Source of the DNA: a virus
DNA: 64,000 bases
UHGV virus genome: UHGV-1359874
Direction: 5' to 3' (one strand)
Shown in pieces: positions 36,981-49,200 of this stretch. The notes under the pieces were generated by a model that was not told the DNA's origin, ran no database searches, and saw only the letters and a program-made list of their open reading frames with translations. Positions within the stretch are counted from its first letter, which is position 1, and every line of letters starts with the position of its first letter. The translations under genes were made by a program, and so were the position numbers.

Positions 36981-38345
36981 TTAAACTTCAATCCATTCGA
37001 GTTCTGTCGAAGTCCCTCCAGGTCCAGGTGTTGTTGGAGGATTCCAATCTCCATCAGGATTCGTAATAAAATCATAATTTTGATTTTCTTCATCATAGAC
37101 AGGAGTTATTTCACACTTAATAATAGAATGAAGTTTATTTAATAAATTAACAAGAGAAGAACTATCAAAAACAGATGTTCTATCAACAAATTTTTCAAAA
37201 GTTAAAGAACCATCTGCTAACTTCTCATATGTTACTGCGGCGACCCCAATTTTTTCAGAAATCACCGAACCATATGCCAATTTTGAACTGGAAACCGCAT
37301 TATCAGCTATCTTGGCCCCAATCACAGCTCCATCAGCTATTTTCTGGTCACTAATCGCACCATTCGCAATTTTTTCACCAGAAACTGCCTGATTAGCAAT
37401 TTTATTATCAGTAACCGCATAATTTTGTAATTTTACTGTTGAGATAGAATTATCAGGAATTTCAGTATTTTGAATCTTCTGTTCTAAATTTTGAATAGAA
37501 GAATTAATATCTGTAAACTTTTGAATTACATCTGAACCGAGTTTAGTTTCACTAACAGATTCATCAGCTAATGCACTGCCAGTAACTGCACCATTAGCAA
37601 TCTTAGAGCCAGTTACAGCGTCATCCGCAAGTTTAGCTGAAGTAATAGCGCCATCCGCAACTGAACCTCTATCTTTTTCAAGAGATGCAACTTTTCCTTC
37701 AAGAGTATCTAACTCATTAGAAAATTCAGCATCTAAATTACTTTTACCAACAGCTCCATCAGCTAATTTATCTTTAGTAACACTGCCATCTTGCAATTTT
37801 GCGGTTGCAACTGAACTATCAGCTAATTTATCTTGCGTAATTGCGGCGGTCCCGATATTTCCAGATTTAACCTCGCCTCTACCAATCTTTGAACTGGTTA
37901 CTGCATCTGTTGCCAACTTAGGCGTAGTAACAGCTCCATCAGCTAGTTTAGCGCTATTAACACTACCCTCACCTAAAATAGCGTTTGAAATAGCGCCTTC
38001 CGCAAATTTATCAGCGGTAATTGAGCCATTCTTAATTTGACTCGTTCCGACTGAACTGTTTGCAAGTTTATCAGAAGTAATCGCTCCATTTTCAATTTTA
38101 TTAGTTGAAACCGCATTGTCTTCAAGTTTAGAATTAGAAACTGCACTATTTGCAAGTTCAGTGCTCGTTATACTACCTTTACTAGGCTTAGCTGAAGTCT
38201 TAACTTCTTCCAGGTCCGCCATATATTGTTCAGAAAAAGGTGTATCATCAGTAGAACTTTTAACTAACTGTTCAAATGTAACAATAGGAGAAACCTTATT
38301 CTCATTTTTATCATATAACCATGATTTAATGACTTCTTTCGCCAT
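36981..38345 (-). CDS. tail fiber protein with tandem decapeptide repeats
   Basis: At least 15 consecutive 10-residue units of the type KLADGAVTxx or KIANGAISxx across two blocks. Confidence 0.55.
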   Translation of the reverse strand: MAKEVIKSWLYDKNENKVSPIVTFEQLVKSSTDDTPFSEQYMADLEEVKTSAKPSKGSITSTELANSAVSNSKLEDNAVSTNKIENGAITSDKLANSSVGTSQIKNGSITADKFAEGAISNAILGEGSVNSAKLADGAVTTPKLATDAVTSSKIGRGEVKSGNIGTAAITQDKLADSSVATAKLQDGSVTKDKLADGAVGKSNLDAEFSNELDTLEGKVASLEKDRGSVADGAITSAKLADDAVTGSKIANGAVTGSALADESVSETKLGSDVIQKFTDINSSIQNLEQKIQNTEIPDNSISTVKLQNYAVTDNKIANQAVSGEKIANGAISDQKIADGAVIGAKIADNAVSSSKLAYGSVISEKIGVAAVTYEKLADGSLTFEKFVDRTSVFDSSSLVNLLNKLHSIIKCEITPVYDEENQNYDFITNPDGDWNPPTTPGPGGTSTELEWIEV

Positions 38346-38395
38346 TACAGAATATTATTCCTCCTTTCTTTTTTAATTAAAAAGTCAGTGGAGAT

Positions 38396-38662
38396 TTAAT
38401 CCTCCACTGACTCATCATCATTAATAATTTCAGCCTGTCCAGTAAAGGTTCTAGTCTGTTTAAATTGACCAGTCTGCTCAAGATATTCACGCTCTTGCTT
38501 TAAACAGTTCTCGTCCTTAACCTGTCCAACCTGAGCTAACGTATCTTTCATAATTAAAAAGATAGCTGTAATAGGAATAGTCTGTTCATTAATAAGATCA
38601 ACTAAATCTTTAGCAAACTTATTACAGGCCATATCAAATGGCATCTGAATTTTATCTTCCAT
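38396..38662 (-). CDS. hypothetical protein
   Basis: 88 aa. Confidence 0.35.
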   Translation of the reverse strand: MEDKIQMPFDMACNKFAKDLVDLINEQTIPITAIFLIMKDTLAQVGQVKDENCLKQEREYLEQTGQFKQTRTFTGQAEIINDDESVED

Positions 38663-38695
38663 TATAAACTCCTTTTATTTCCTTATATATAAAAA

Positions 38696-41600
38696 TTAAG
38701 ATAAACTAGCCGTACCGGATGGGGAGGCTTCTATGTTAGACGTATAACCCAATACCATTCTTGTTGTGTATTTAAATTTATAATGTCCAGTAGTAAGATT
38801 AAAAGATACTAATTCAAAACTACTAATTGGAATTACCCAATGTACTTCATTATCGCCTAGTGTAAAAGTAGAATTATTAAAAGTAGCATTCTTAACAACA
38901 AGATCTGTTGCTTCAATTTTATTGGCAACTATATTACCAACATAACTTGGTAAACTCGTCCCACCAACTCTTGAATTACTAGATAAATTTGTTCCATTAC
39001 TGCTAAAAGTAGAACCTCCAACATCAATACTACCACCAGTAATATTTACATTATTAAATGTAGCATACCCGCCAGCTGTAATACTCCATCCAGGTCCACT
39101 CATTGAGCCATCTGAATACAAACTTAAAGAACCTGCAGATAAACTACTTGTTCCAATAGTCCATCCGCCAATGGCTCCAGATGTACTAGTTAAATAACCA
39201 TTTGAATTAACACTAAAAGTGCTACCAAGAGTAATTCCGCTAGTTGGATTTAATGACATTCCATTAGAAAATAAACTCTCACTACTAATTGTCCAGCCAC
39301 CAATATGACCATATTTAGCGGTTAATTCACCAACACTAGAAACATAAAAATTATCTCCTAATCCAATACCTTCTGTTCCTAGATATATACCGGAACCATT
39401 ACCTGGTCCATATCCAGTTTTACCGCTATTTAAATTATTAGTTTTAATCGTCCATCCAGCTATTGTACCAGATTTTGCGGTTAATTCACCTAAACTAGTA
39501 ACACTGAAATTACTTCCAATTGACAAACCGTCAGTACCTAAATAAAATCCAGTATCACTAGATTCTAATCTGTCGTGAGAACCAGAATAAAGTGCAGAAT
39601 GAGTGTCCGTCTCACCAGATTTTCCTATAACAATTTTATTCGTACCAGAACCAATAGTAGCAGTAGTAGCAGTTAAATGACCACCATAATTTACTACAAA
39701 ATTCCCATTACCTGACCATATAGCCCAAGTACTATCTGTATCATTCTCGCTATCCCAACTATGAAGGCCAATTTTCCTATCCCTTGAAGATAGTTCATTG
39801 TCTCCAACACTCCATCCGCCAATGGTTCCACCATGTTCAATAGTAACGTAACCATTTGAACCATCAAGAGTAAAACCGCCTGAACCAGATTCCATGCGGG
39901 CACTAGATAAATCAATTAAGAATCCACTACCAGATTTATTGCTTTCTGTATAATTTTGCGGCAATCCTTTTTCAGTATAATTTTTCCAATAATCACCACT
40001 ATAAAGTAAAGCCTTACCTTCACTTGGATCAATAGCTAATGAACCTTGACCCTGACCGAAAATAGCGTGTCCATCTTCCGCATCTAGAGTAAAACTTCTT
40101 TTACCATCATAGAACCCAAACAATCCAGTCTCAGACTGAGTTTTATTTGACTCTTGAACTTCACCCATGAGCACACCGGTAAACTGATTCTTATTGTTCT
40201 TTTTACCAGCACCCATCTGTGGCGATAGGATAAAACCGCCATCTTCATCTATTGATATTGAATTTCCATCCCAATCATTTAATTGAGATAGACCATACCT
40301 GTTTAAATAAAAATGTATAGGAATATAAATTGTACCATAGTTACCGCATTTACAAATAACTGTATTATTAACGCATATTCCATGATAATTAGCTATTGGT
40401 TTAAAATTCCTTTGATTAGCATTTAACTTATCAGTATAAATGCTTGAATTTAAATGAATTAAATCATTTGAATCTAAATAAGCACTATCTGCAAAACTAA
40501 AATATCTTCCACCTTTATTCCATTCACAAGTATCACTTTTAACCAAGGCAGAATTATTATAGATTTCTATTTCAAAAGGATTAGTGTTATCATATTTAGG
40601 TGTGGTTCCATCGCTAGTATATTGAACATAACTAAAACCACTATAATCTTTCAAATAAATACGATAATTACTATCCTCAACATAACTAATAATAATAGGA
40701 AGTGTAGTTATTAATATCTGATTATCATTATCTTTTTGATAATGAACAGTACATTTAATAATATTTGCACCGCAAACTTGTTCATCATGCGCCTGACCCG
40801 TATAATTTATTGTACCATTATTTTCATTAATAGTCAAATCAGAAGCATCTTCAACGTTATTCTTATACTTATTTTTTAAGATTTCCCAAGTAACATTTAC
40901 TACTGGTTCATTAGATTCTAATAAATTTTCAGAACCCTCAAATACTAATTCTCCTTCTCGATAAACTTGTACTTTAAATGGTGCGCGAGTAGATGGAGAA
41001 GTTGTTATTAAAAACTGTTCTGCTCCAAAATTAAAATATCCAGATATATATTTCCCATCATCTGATTTTTGAATCATATTAAGAATAGGATATTGTGGAG
41101 TTACACTATTTGTATTTGGCACTATTCGACAAACAAAAGAAGTGCCATTAGTACCAGTTTCACCTTGTTTAGTAAACATTAAATTAGTTTTTGCAACTAA
41201 ATTTATTTCTTTATACTGAATTTTTAACTCAATGTCATTATTTTTATAATTATAATAATATTTATTTTGAATATTATAAGAAAGTTCTAGTGCTTGATTA
41301 AAATACTCATAATCAAGAGAAGCATTAACTTCATGGGTACCTCTATCTGCAGAAACTTCAGTTAGCATCGTACTTTTAGTGGGAACTTTCCATTGAATAG
41401 ATCCACCTTTAATGACATCAGAGCTAATTTCACGACCTTGATTATCATAAACAGAAAAACTTAATGTTTCGATTGCTATTGGATTTGCTTGAGCTTTACT
41501 TGCCGGACTGACACCATTTTCATCATAATTAAATACTTGATTACCATTATTAATAATTAAACTGTAGCCATTTTTAGCTTCTAATAAATTTACAATTTTT

Positions 41601-43117
41601 ATAGAAGCGGTTCCTTTATTACTTCCTGTAGAATCAATTACTGTACATTTATAAATTACAAAATCAACAATAGTTTGAACTTGAATATTTTTTGAAACTG
41701 GTCCTTCAACTTCTAATTGAGTTAAATTCCCATATTCATCTTCAACAGCCCAACTATAATTAAAGCTAGTATCAACTACACCATTAACTTTACAAGTTAA
41801 TGTAGGACTTCCAACTCCATAATAAAATTCGGTTCCACTATCTGATTCAATAGAAATAGTAACAGTTCCTTTTTTATTTTTAATAGTAACTGTTTTAGTA
41901 TAACTATTATTATTATAAATAATTACACATTTAATCTTATTTTCTTTTGCGGCGGCTTGCAAAATACTTAAATCAAGTCTAGCACCTTGGTCAATCCATT
42001 CAACTTGATTAGTTTCTTCATCTATTACATTATATTTATTTAAACAACGCCATCCTTTTCCGCCATACTTATTATAAAATTTACTTTTATTGCCAATCGT
42101 TAAATCTTCAATAAACCAATAGAAAGGAATCTTTTGAATAGTTGGATCAGCTACTCTACCTTTAATTCTTACCTGCGCAGTAATTGGTAGTGTTGCGGAG
42201 TCTGCGTCATTTTCTGTAAAGATCGCGCCACTGGGTGTTAATAGACTTAATGCACAACCGTTAAGCTCGGCCTCACTAAGCTCGGCACTCGCCGCAAATT
42301 CAATGTTGCTAACTTCAATATCGTATAATTTGTTATTAGCAATTTCATCATCATTTTTCTGTTGTGGAAAGTTCTCTACAAAGAGAGAAATTTTGACAAT
42401 ACGATTAAAATTTGTTCCCGAGGCTTTATAAATTCCGAACTGTCTCTTGCCCAAAATTAATTGGTAGGGATTACCTACCATATTATCAACATCAACTACA
42501 TAATTTTTAGTATAAGTAGCGGTTTCATCTACGTCATTAGTATATTCAACAGTAAACATAATTCCATAATTACCTTTTAGCTGTTGCTCTGCGGCTAGTG
42601 AAGTTTTAAAGGTAGCACCGCAAATTAATGAAGTAGCTTGTTCCATATATTCTTTTAACGCATCATTATCAACGCTTAGAATATTATGTTCATCATCATA
42701 AAGAATAAACTCTCGATAAGTTTTTCCTTTATCTGGTTTATAATATGAGCTTAATGAATATGGAGAATTTTGTGATACACCATTAACGCCAATAATTTCA
42801 TAGCCACTATCTTTATCACTTGGATTAATATAATCAACGCCTAGCTTATCAACAGTACCAAGAATAGTTTTATCCTTAGTCATATCATTCTGCGGAATCA
42901 AAATATAAACTAGTGTATTATCTCCATATACCACATCTGGACTACTTGCATAAGCATAAAAAGAGCTATCTTGATATTTAATCTTATACTTGCCAATAGA
43001 TTCATCAACACATGATTTCACTGTTGCTTGTATAGTCTTGTCAAAACCAGCCTCTTTTACAGACTTGTCAACTATTAGTTCAATAGCTTCACAAATATTG
43101 TCCTCTATATAACTCAT
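38696..43117 (-). CDS. large tail structural protein (distal-tail/fiber-like) with C-terminal tandem repeats
   Basis: 1473 aa, immediately downstream of the TMP. The C-terminal ~350 aa carry 4 or more repeats of the type GxLTAKxGxIGGWTI. Confidence 0.5.
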   Translation of the reverse strand: MSYIEDNICEAIELIVDKSVKEAGFDKTIQATVKSCVDESIGKYKIKYQDSSFYAYASSPDVVYGDNTLVYILIPQNDMTKDKTILGTVDKLGVDYINPSDKDSGYEIIGVNGVSQNSPYSLSSYYKPDKGKTYREFILYDDEHNILSVDNDALKEYMEQATSLICGATFKTSLAAEQQLKGNYGIMFTVEYTNDVDETATYTKNYVVDVDNMVGNPYQLILGKRQFGIYKASGTNFNRIVKISLFVENFPQQKNDDEIANNKLYDIEVSNIEFAASAELSEAELNGCALSLLTPSGAIFTENDADSATLPITAQVRIKGRVADPTIQKIPFYWFIEDLTIGNKSKFYNKYGGKGWRCLNKYNVIDEETNQVEWIDQGARLDLSILQAAAKENKIKCVIIYNNNSYTKTVTIKNKKGTVTISIESDSGTEFYYGVGSPTLTCKVNGVVDTSFNYSWAVEDEYGNLTQLEVEGPVSKNIQVQTIVDFVIYKCTVIDSTGSNKGTASIKIVNLLEAKNGYSLIINNGNQVFNYDENGVSPASKAQANPIAIETLSFSVYDNQGREISSDVIKGGSIQWKVPTKSTMLTEVSADRGTHEVNASLDYEYFNQALELSYNIQNKYYYNYKNNDIELKIQYKEINLVAKTNLMFTKQGETGTNGTSFVCRIVPNTNSVTPQYPILNMIQKSDDGKYISGYFNFGAEQFLITTSPSTRAPFKVQVYREGELVFEGSENLLESNEPVVNVTWEILKNKYKNNVEDASDLTINENNGTINYTGQAHDEQVCGANIIKCTVHYQKDNDNQILITTLPIIISYVEDSNYRIYLKDYSGFSYVQYTSDGTTPKYDNTNPFEIEIYNNSALVKSDTCEWNKGGRYFSFADSAYLDSNDLIHLNSSIYTDKLNANQRNFKPIANYHGICVNNTVICKCGNYGTIYIPIHFYLNRYGLSQLNDWDGNSISIDEDGGFILSPQMGAGKKNNKNQFTGVLMGEVQESNKTQSETGLFGFYDGKRSFTLDAEDGHAIFGQGQGSLAIDPSEGKALLYSGDYWKNYTEKGLPQNYTESNKSGSGFLIDLSSARMESGSGGFTLDGSNGYVTIEHGGTIGGWSVGDNELSSRDRKIGLHSWDSENDTDSTWAIWSGNGNFVVNYGGHLTATTATIGSGTNKIVIGKSGETDTHSALYSGSHDRLESSDTGFYLGTDGLSIGSNFSVTSLGELTAKSGTIAGWTIKTNNLNSGKTGYGPGNGSGIYLGTEGIGLGDNFYVSSVGELTAKYGHIGGWTISSESLFSNGMSLNPTSGITLGSTFSVNSNGYLTSTSGAIGGWTIGTSSLSAGSLSLYSDGSMSGPGWSITAGGYATFNNVNITGGSIDVGGSTFSSNGTNLSSNSRVGGTSLPSYVGNIVANKIEATDLVVKNATFNNSTFTLGDNEVHWVIPISSFELVSFNLTTGHYKFKYTTRMVLGYTSNIEASPSGTASLS

Positions 43118-43199
43118 TGCTCACACTCCTTTTATCTCTTATTTCTAATATATAAAAATGTTTAATGCCTTTTTAATAAGTTTTGTCCACAATAGATAA

Positions 43200-43226
43200 A
43201 AAGAAAAAGGGGCATTTCTGCCCCTT
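43200..43226 (-). terminator. terminator after tape measure gene
   Basis: Stem aaggggca / tgcccctt, with a T-run on the minus strand. Confidence 0.5.
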
Positions 43227-43230
43227 AATC

Positions 43231-46200
43231 TTATTTATTATTTCTATAAGCTCGTTGAGACGCAGTGTTCACTAAATTCTTGAGCGCAGTCTCGATCTGA
43301 GAAGCTTCGGTCTGACCCTCAAATTTAGCAGTAATATAAACTGTTTGTTCAAGAGTAGAAGAATCTTTAGGTGCGGTAACAGTACTTCCAATGGTTGAAA
43401 GTATGGCCGCAGTATTATTAAACACGTTATCTCCAATCCTACTAACTATTTCACGGAGAACATTCATCGCAGATAGCATATTCGCGGTATCATCTTTATT
43501 CAGAACTAATTCCTTTTGATGTAACAATGCTAGTCTGCCATCTTCACCCCAGGTACCAGTATAACCGCCAGTGTCATAGCCAAACAGCTGTGACTTTTTT
43601 ATCCAGCCCAGATCGCCATACTCGCCATCTGCAGAGTGAATATGAACGCCATAAGCGTTATCATTCATCTTGTCGATAACAACACCATCAGCTACACCGG
43701 AATATTTGCTTCCTGCTGGAGCTTTACCGTAAGAATCGTAATAATATCTACCATTATAACCAACAACATCACCAACAGATGCAGTACCATCTTTATCAGA
43801 ACCAGAACCAGCTCCGCTATCAGAGCTAGAACTATTAGAAGAATTTGCAGCAGACATAGCCTTTGCCGCCTCTTCAGCACGTCTCCGTTCTTCCGCGGCT
43901 TGAGCTGCATCCTTCGCGTTTTTAGCTTGAATAAAGTCATATGCCGCCTTTGTAGCTCCAATGGCCTCACTCTTTGCTTGCCGGTACGCCGCAATTAATT
44001 CTTTAACCTGATTAACAACATCACCGATAGCTTGATATTCTTGCTTAGCAGAATCAATTAACTGATTGCTTTCTTGAAGTAGCTTTTGACCTTCTTCATA
44101 AGCTTCATTGCTGACTCGCTGATTAGTTTGACTAATATTATCAATATTCTGGACATAATCTTGAGCAGCTTCTTTGAGCTTGTCGAATGTGTCCTGACAG
44201 GTCTGCTCAAATCCGCCTTCGCCTGAGAATTTATCAATCATTTCCTGAACGCCGCTTGTCCATTCAGGAACAAGATTATTCATAATCAAATCTTTTTCTT
44301 CATCTGTCATATTCTGAAAGTTAGAAACATCCACGTTATACAAATTAGCTAAATCATTAAATGCTGAATCAGTAAGATTTGTACGAATATTTAAGTTCTG
44401 TTCAGTTAAATAATTAATCTTTTCACCATACTGCTCTTGTAATAGTGCAATATGTTCTTGCAAAGCATCTTGGTCATCTGCATAATCCTTATAAGCTTGA
44501 GCCACTTTATCTTGGAACTCACTCCATACGGAGTACATATCATTTAAATTATTTTTATAAGCATCTTTATCAAAGTTATATAGAGAATTTTGAGCATCAG
44601 CTAAATCTTGCTGCGCTTGACGAATTGAATCTTCATCAGATACAAACTGATAAGAATAGTTACCATTTGCATCACGCTTTAAACGCATCTTAGATTGATT
44701 CTGTTGAGCTTCTTGCAGGGCAATTTGCTTTAACGCAATCTCATATTCTTTTTCAGCGCGATCAATATCGTACTGAGTAAGTTCACCTTTTTCCTCAAGC
44801 ATTTTCATTTGAGTCTGCATAAGTTCATTGAGTTTCTGCTGAGTAGTTACACTATCAGTATCATTAATAGCATCTTGCCACTTATTTTGTAACTGTTGCT
44901 TAGCATATGCAGCATTAATAGTATCTAAGTAATTATCAGCATTGTCATTTAGCAGATTTAACTGTTCCTCTAAGTAATCCAAACCTTTACCATTTGATAC
45001 TTTATCATTAAGAGATTTAACAAGAGCATCAATAGTATTTTCATATTTGGTAGTTAATGCTTCTGCCCAGTTTTCAACTAGACCATTTACATCAGATACC
45101 GCACTCTTCCAATTTTCTTCATATTTTTCAAGCGCTTCTTTATTACCATTACCTTGCTCGATTGCAGCACGTTCCGCATCCATTAATTGTTTCCAATAAG
45201 TCGCGGCATTCTGGCGGGCAGCTAGCTCAGCCTGGATATTAGTGAGTTGCTTTTCATAATAAGTGTCCATTAAATCATAGGCATCATCGCCATATAACTT
45301 CTGAATTAAATTAATATCATGGTTAATTTGATCGCCTAAGAATTCGTATGCTTCTTTATTTTTATCAAGAGCATCATTAACCGCATCAATAGAATCTAAG
45401 AAAGCATCCGTAACATTTTGCTCTAAATCTTCAAGATTTTCAAGCTCAGTCATTAATTCTTTATAAGACTCTTTTAAATCATCAACTGCGGATGCCATAT
45501 CATCTACCCAAGTTCCTGTTGCAGCATCATATGCAGAATAAATAGAAGAATGTCCGCCGTTCTGCATTTTCTGCAATTCACCTAATATTGAACCTGGAGT
45601 TGCAGTATTGCCAATTTTAGATGTAAGTGATTGAATAGAACCAACACCGCTATTTGCTGTGTTATAGTAAGAGAGTATATCTGCCCGATTTTGTAATGCT
45701 TTACCTAGTAAATCATCATCATCGAGGTCATCAATTACTTTACGTTTAAATTCATTCCAATCCCGCATTGCCTCGCCCATGTCTAGACGAAGTTTGACCT
45801 CCATATCAAACTTTTGAACTTGAAGTTCAATGGCAGAAGAAAGTGCTTCGGTAATATCATCTTCAAGATCAGGAATAGTTTCGTTTATGAGTTTGTCGTA
45901 ATTGGTAACCATTTCTTTAATCTTATCATATTCCTTTTGAGCTTTAGTAACTTTCTTATCTGCTGCTTCATCTTGAGCATCCGCTGATAAAGAATTATAC
46001 CAACCAATTACACTATTAAGATTTTGTTGAGCTTTAGTAAGCAAAACTGCATAATTAGAAATTTCACCATTTGCATCAAAAGTAGCACCATACTGAGCTA
46101 AAGAGTTTTTAATTTCATTAGCTTCTTGTTTAGCTAATTCAATTTTAGCTTTATAAGCATCTCTTTGTTTTTCGAGAATTACTAACTGTTTATTGAGATT

Positions 46201-49200
46201 ATTAATTAAATCTTTACCAGTTAATTTATCTTGAACCTTTTGTAATCTATCATAACTATCTGTTAGATTATTAATCTTGATATTTATATCATGGTATCTA
46301 TCAATGGTGTCAGTATTTAGATCTTTTGTCTTAGGTGTTTTAGGCTGAGAAGCTTTTCCACTTCCGCCACCGCCACCTCTTTTACCACTTCCACCACTCT
46401 TCTTAGAGGTTCTACCACTACCTCCGCCATGTCTAGGTGTACTATTAGTAAATTTAACATTGCCGCCAGTAGACTTTTTAGCAGAAGTAACTTGAACACC
46501 AGTACCTATTTGAGAAACTTTATTCTGAACAGTTACTTCTTTTGGTCTATAACTAATAGAAGGAATGTCATAAGGCTGTTTCTCATTTCCCAAGAAACCG
46601 ACCATTGGGTAAATAGCATTACCTTTATTATGAGTAACAATAGCTTCAACGCCAGCGTAAGTACTTTCTGAAGTCTGATCTTGCTGGGCAGATGTTACTT
46701 CTGCATCAATACCCATTCCAGAAAGAATATCTTGAGCTTCATCAACAGTAACGCCTAAATCGTTGAGCATAGTAGTCAATCCAGCTAAGAAATCTGCATT
46801 ATCAATACTAGCGCCAACTTGGATGTCATCTAAATTAATATTATATTGATCTAAAAGTCCATTAAATTCATCAAAAACAGCATTTATCTGTTCATCATCT
46901 AATCCAATTCCTAATAAAATATCTTGAACAGCAGCTTGTTGTAATTGCTCATAGGCTTCTTCACTACCATTTAAAGCATCCTGCATTAATTGAAGATTTT
47001 CTGTACTCTCTAAGAAAGAACTCGAAAGACGACTTCCATCAATATCAAGTAAATCGCCATAAGTTTCAGCTAATTCATCTGCAGTATCAGATGTTAAATG
47101 GCCTGTTTCTGCAGCAACTTCTAAATCATTTATCCAATCTTCTATGTTATCAATACTTGAATTAACAGCTTTATCATAACGAAGTTGGTCTTTTGCCATT
47201 TCCGCTAATTCTGAACTTGCTACTTCTGTATATTCACCAGAATCTTTAAGCTCTTTTGCATAGCGTTCAATATCTTCTGCGGCAAGACCAGTTTGTTCTG
47301 CAAGATAACCAGCCTGAGTAGCTAGCTCTAACGCACTGGTTGCATTATTAATAAGTACGTCATTTCCAGTACCAAGCGCGCTATTAAACCTTTCTAATTC
47401 ATCAGATGTGCTATCATAATTGCCCGCTAATTCAGTAAGCTTATTCGTATAATCATCAAAAGTAACGTTAGCACCAGAATTTAATGCTTTCGCAGTTTCC
47501 GCGGCAAGCTGAGCCGCATTTTCTGCAGAAGCCATATTATTAACTGCTTCAACAGTTGCTTGAGCTTGTTCTAAATTCTCTCTAAAGTCTGTAATATTAG
47601 GATTTAATCTTTCAAGAATTTCATCAAGATATTCTAGGTTATCTGTTGAAATATTTTCAAATATATCTTCATCGGTTGCGGTAGCAGGATTTTCTTCTGT
47701 TCCATTGCGTTTAGCTTCAGCAGCATATTCAGCTAAACGATCTCTTATAGCAGAAATTTTATCTGAATATTGAGTTGTAACACCCTCAAGCGAGCCATCT
47801 TCACCAATTTGGACTTCTTCTACTGTTGGAAAAGTAGATTTTATAACAGTTAAAAAAGCATCGTGATTTGTCTTAGCTAATTCTTCCAAATCTTTATGCT
47901 TACTTAATAAGCCTTGTAGCTGATCCTCTAAACCTAAGACATAATCATTGTAAGTGCCCGCTACAGTACTTGAACTAGCCCATTCTTCTCCCGCTTTTTG
48001 TAGATCAGTGTTTAATGCAGCTCCGTTATCACCTTGGAATAAACTGTAAATAGCATTCATTGCATCTTGAGCACCTTGTATTACGTCATCTTGATTTTCA
48101 ATACCATTAACACCAAGTCTAACCCCTTGAAGATAGTTATTCAACATCGTATCTGCATTATCAAAACCAGCATCTTTTAGTTGATTATAAGCTGCATTTT
48201 TAGAGGGGTCAGATGTTAAAATACCTTGAATATAGTCTACATTAATTTTAGAGGCTGCATCGGCAGCTGCTTGAGCTGCCTGAATTTCTGTTTCGCCTTC
48301 TTCTGTAAAAGAAGTTATACTATTAAGATAACTAGTTAAAGTATCTTTTATTGCATCTGAGCCTGGAATTTCAGATTTAATAATATCTAAAGCTTTATTA
48401 AAATCATCAGTTTGAACTGCATTTATCAAATCTTGTCCAGATTTATGTAAAGCAGTTGAAACTTTAGCAATAGCTTCTTGTACATCAGAAGAAACATTAT
48501 CTAAAGTAGAAACATTACTCTGTATTTGACCAACTGCAGTTTGCGCTCCTTGACGATAGCTGTTTATCCTATCTTGACCAGCAGAAGAATTAATATCATA
48601 TTTAGCTTTTGTATTTTCTAAATTTTTCTTTGCATCTTGATATTGTTTATCATATGCTTGCAAATTTTCTTTTTGATTATCAGTATAAAAATTTTGTTGT
48701 TGCATTTTATACTGCTGTTCAAGCAAATCAATAGTATCTCTAATACCGTCTTGATTTTTAAGAACTGCTTCACCTTGGTCATTATAATAAGCTAATAAAT
48801 CACTATTAAGATTAACTAATTTATCTTTTATCTCGTTATATTGTTTTCGCTCTGATTCAGTTAAATTTTGAATATTCTTATCATAAGCACCAGCTCTTGC
48901 AGCTAACCTGTCATAAGTTTCTTCTAAACCTTCTAATTCTTCTTTATTTGAACGATAAGTGCTAGAAGTATTGCTAAAATTCTGCATTGAATCATTTAAA
49001 TTAGAAATTTGTTCTTCTGCTTCTTTAGCACTCATTGTCAAAGCATCATATGCAGTTGTAACAATAGGGATAGCAGTTGCTAATGCAGTTAAAGCTAATA
49101 GTGCAGGACCTGCTGGTGTTGCCATTATTGCCGCAAAAGTAGATTCCGCGGCACCAGTCAAACCTACTAAAGCTGTCTTTAATCCACCTATACCAGAAAT

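Noticed and set aside
36981-43117. Tandem repeats considered as CRISPR-like or satellite arrays
   Set aside because: The repeats are in-frame protein repeats (decapeptide fiber units, GGWTI units). They are not short direct repeats separated by unique spacers. No CRISPR array is present in the window.
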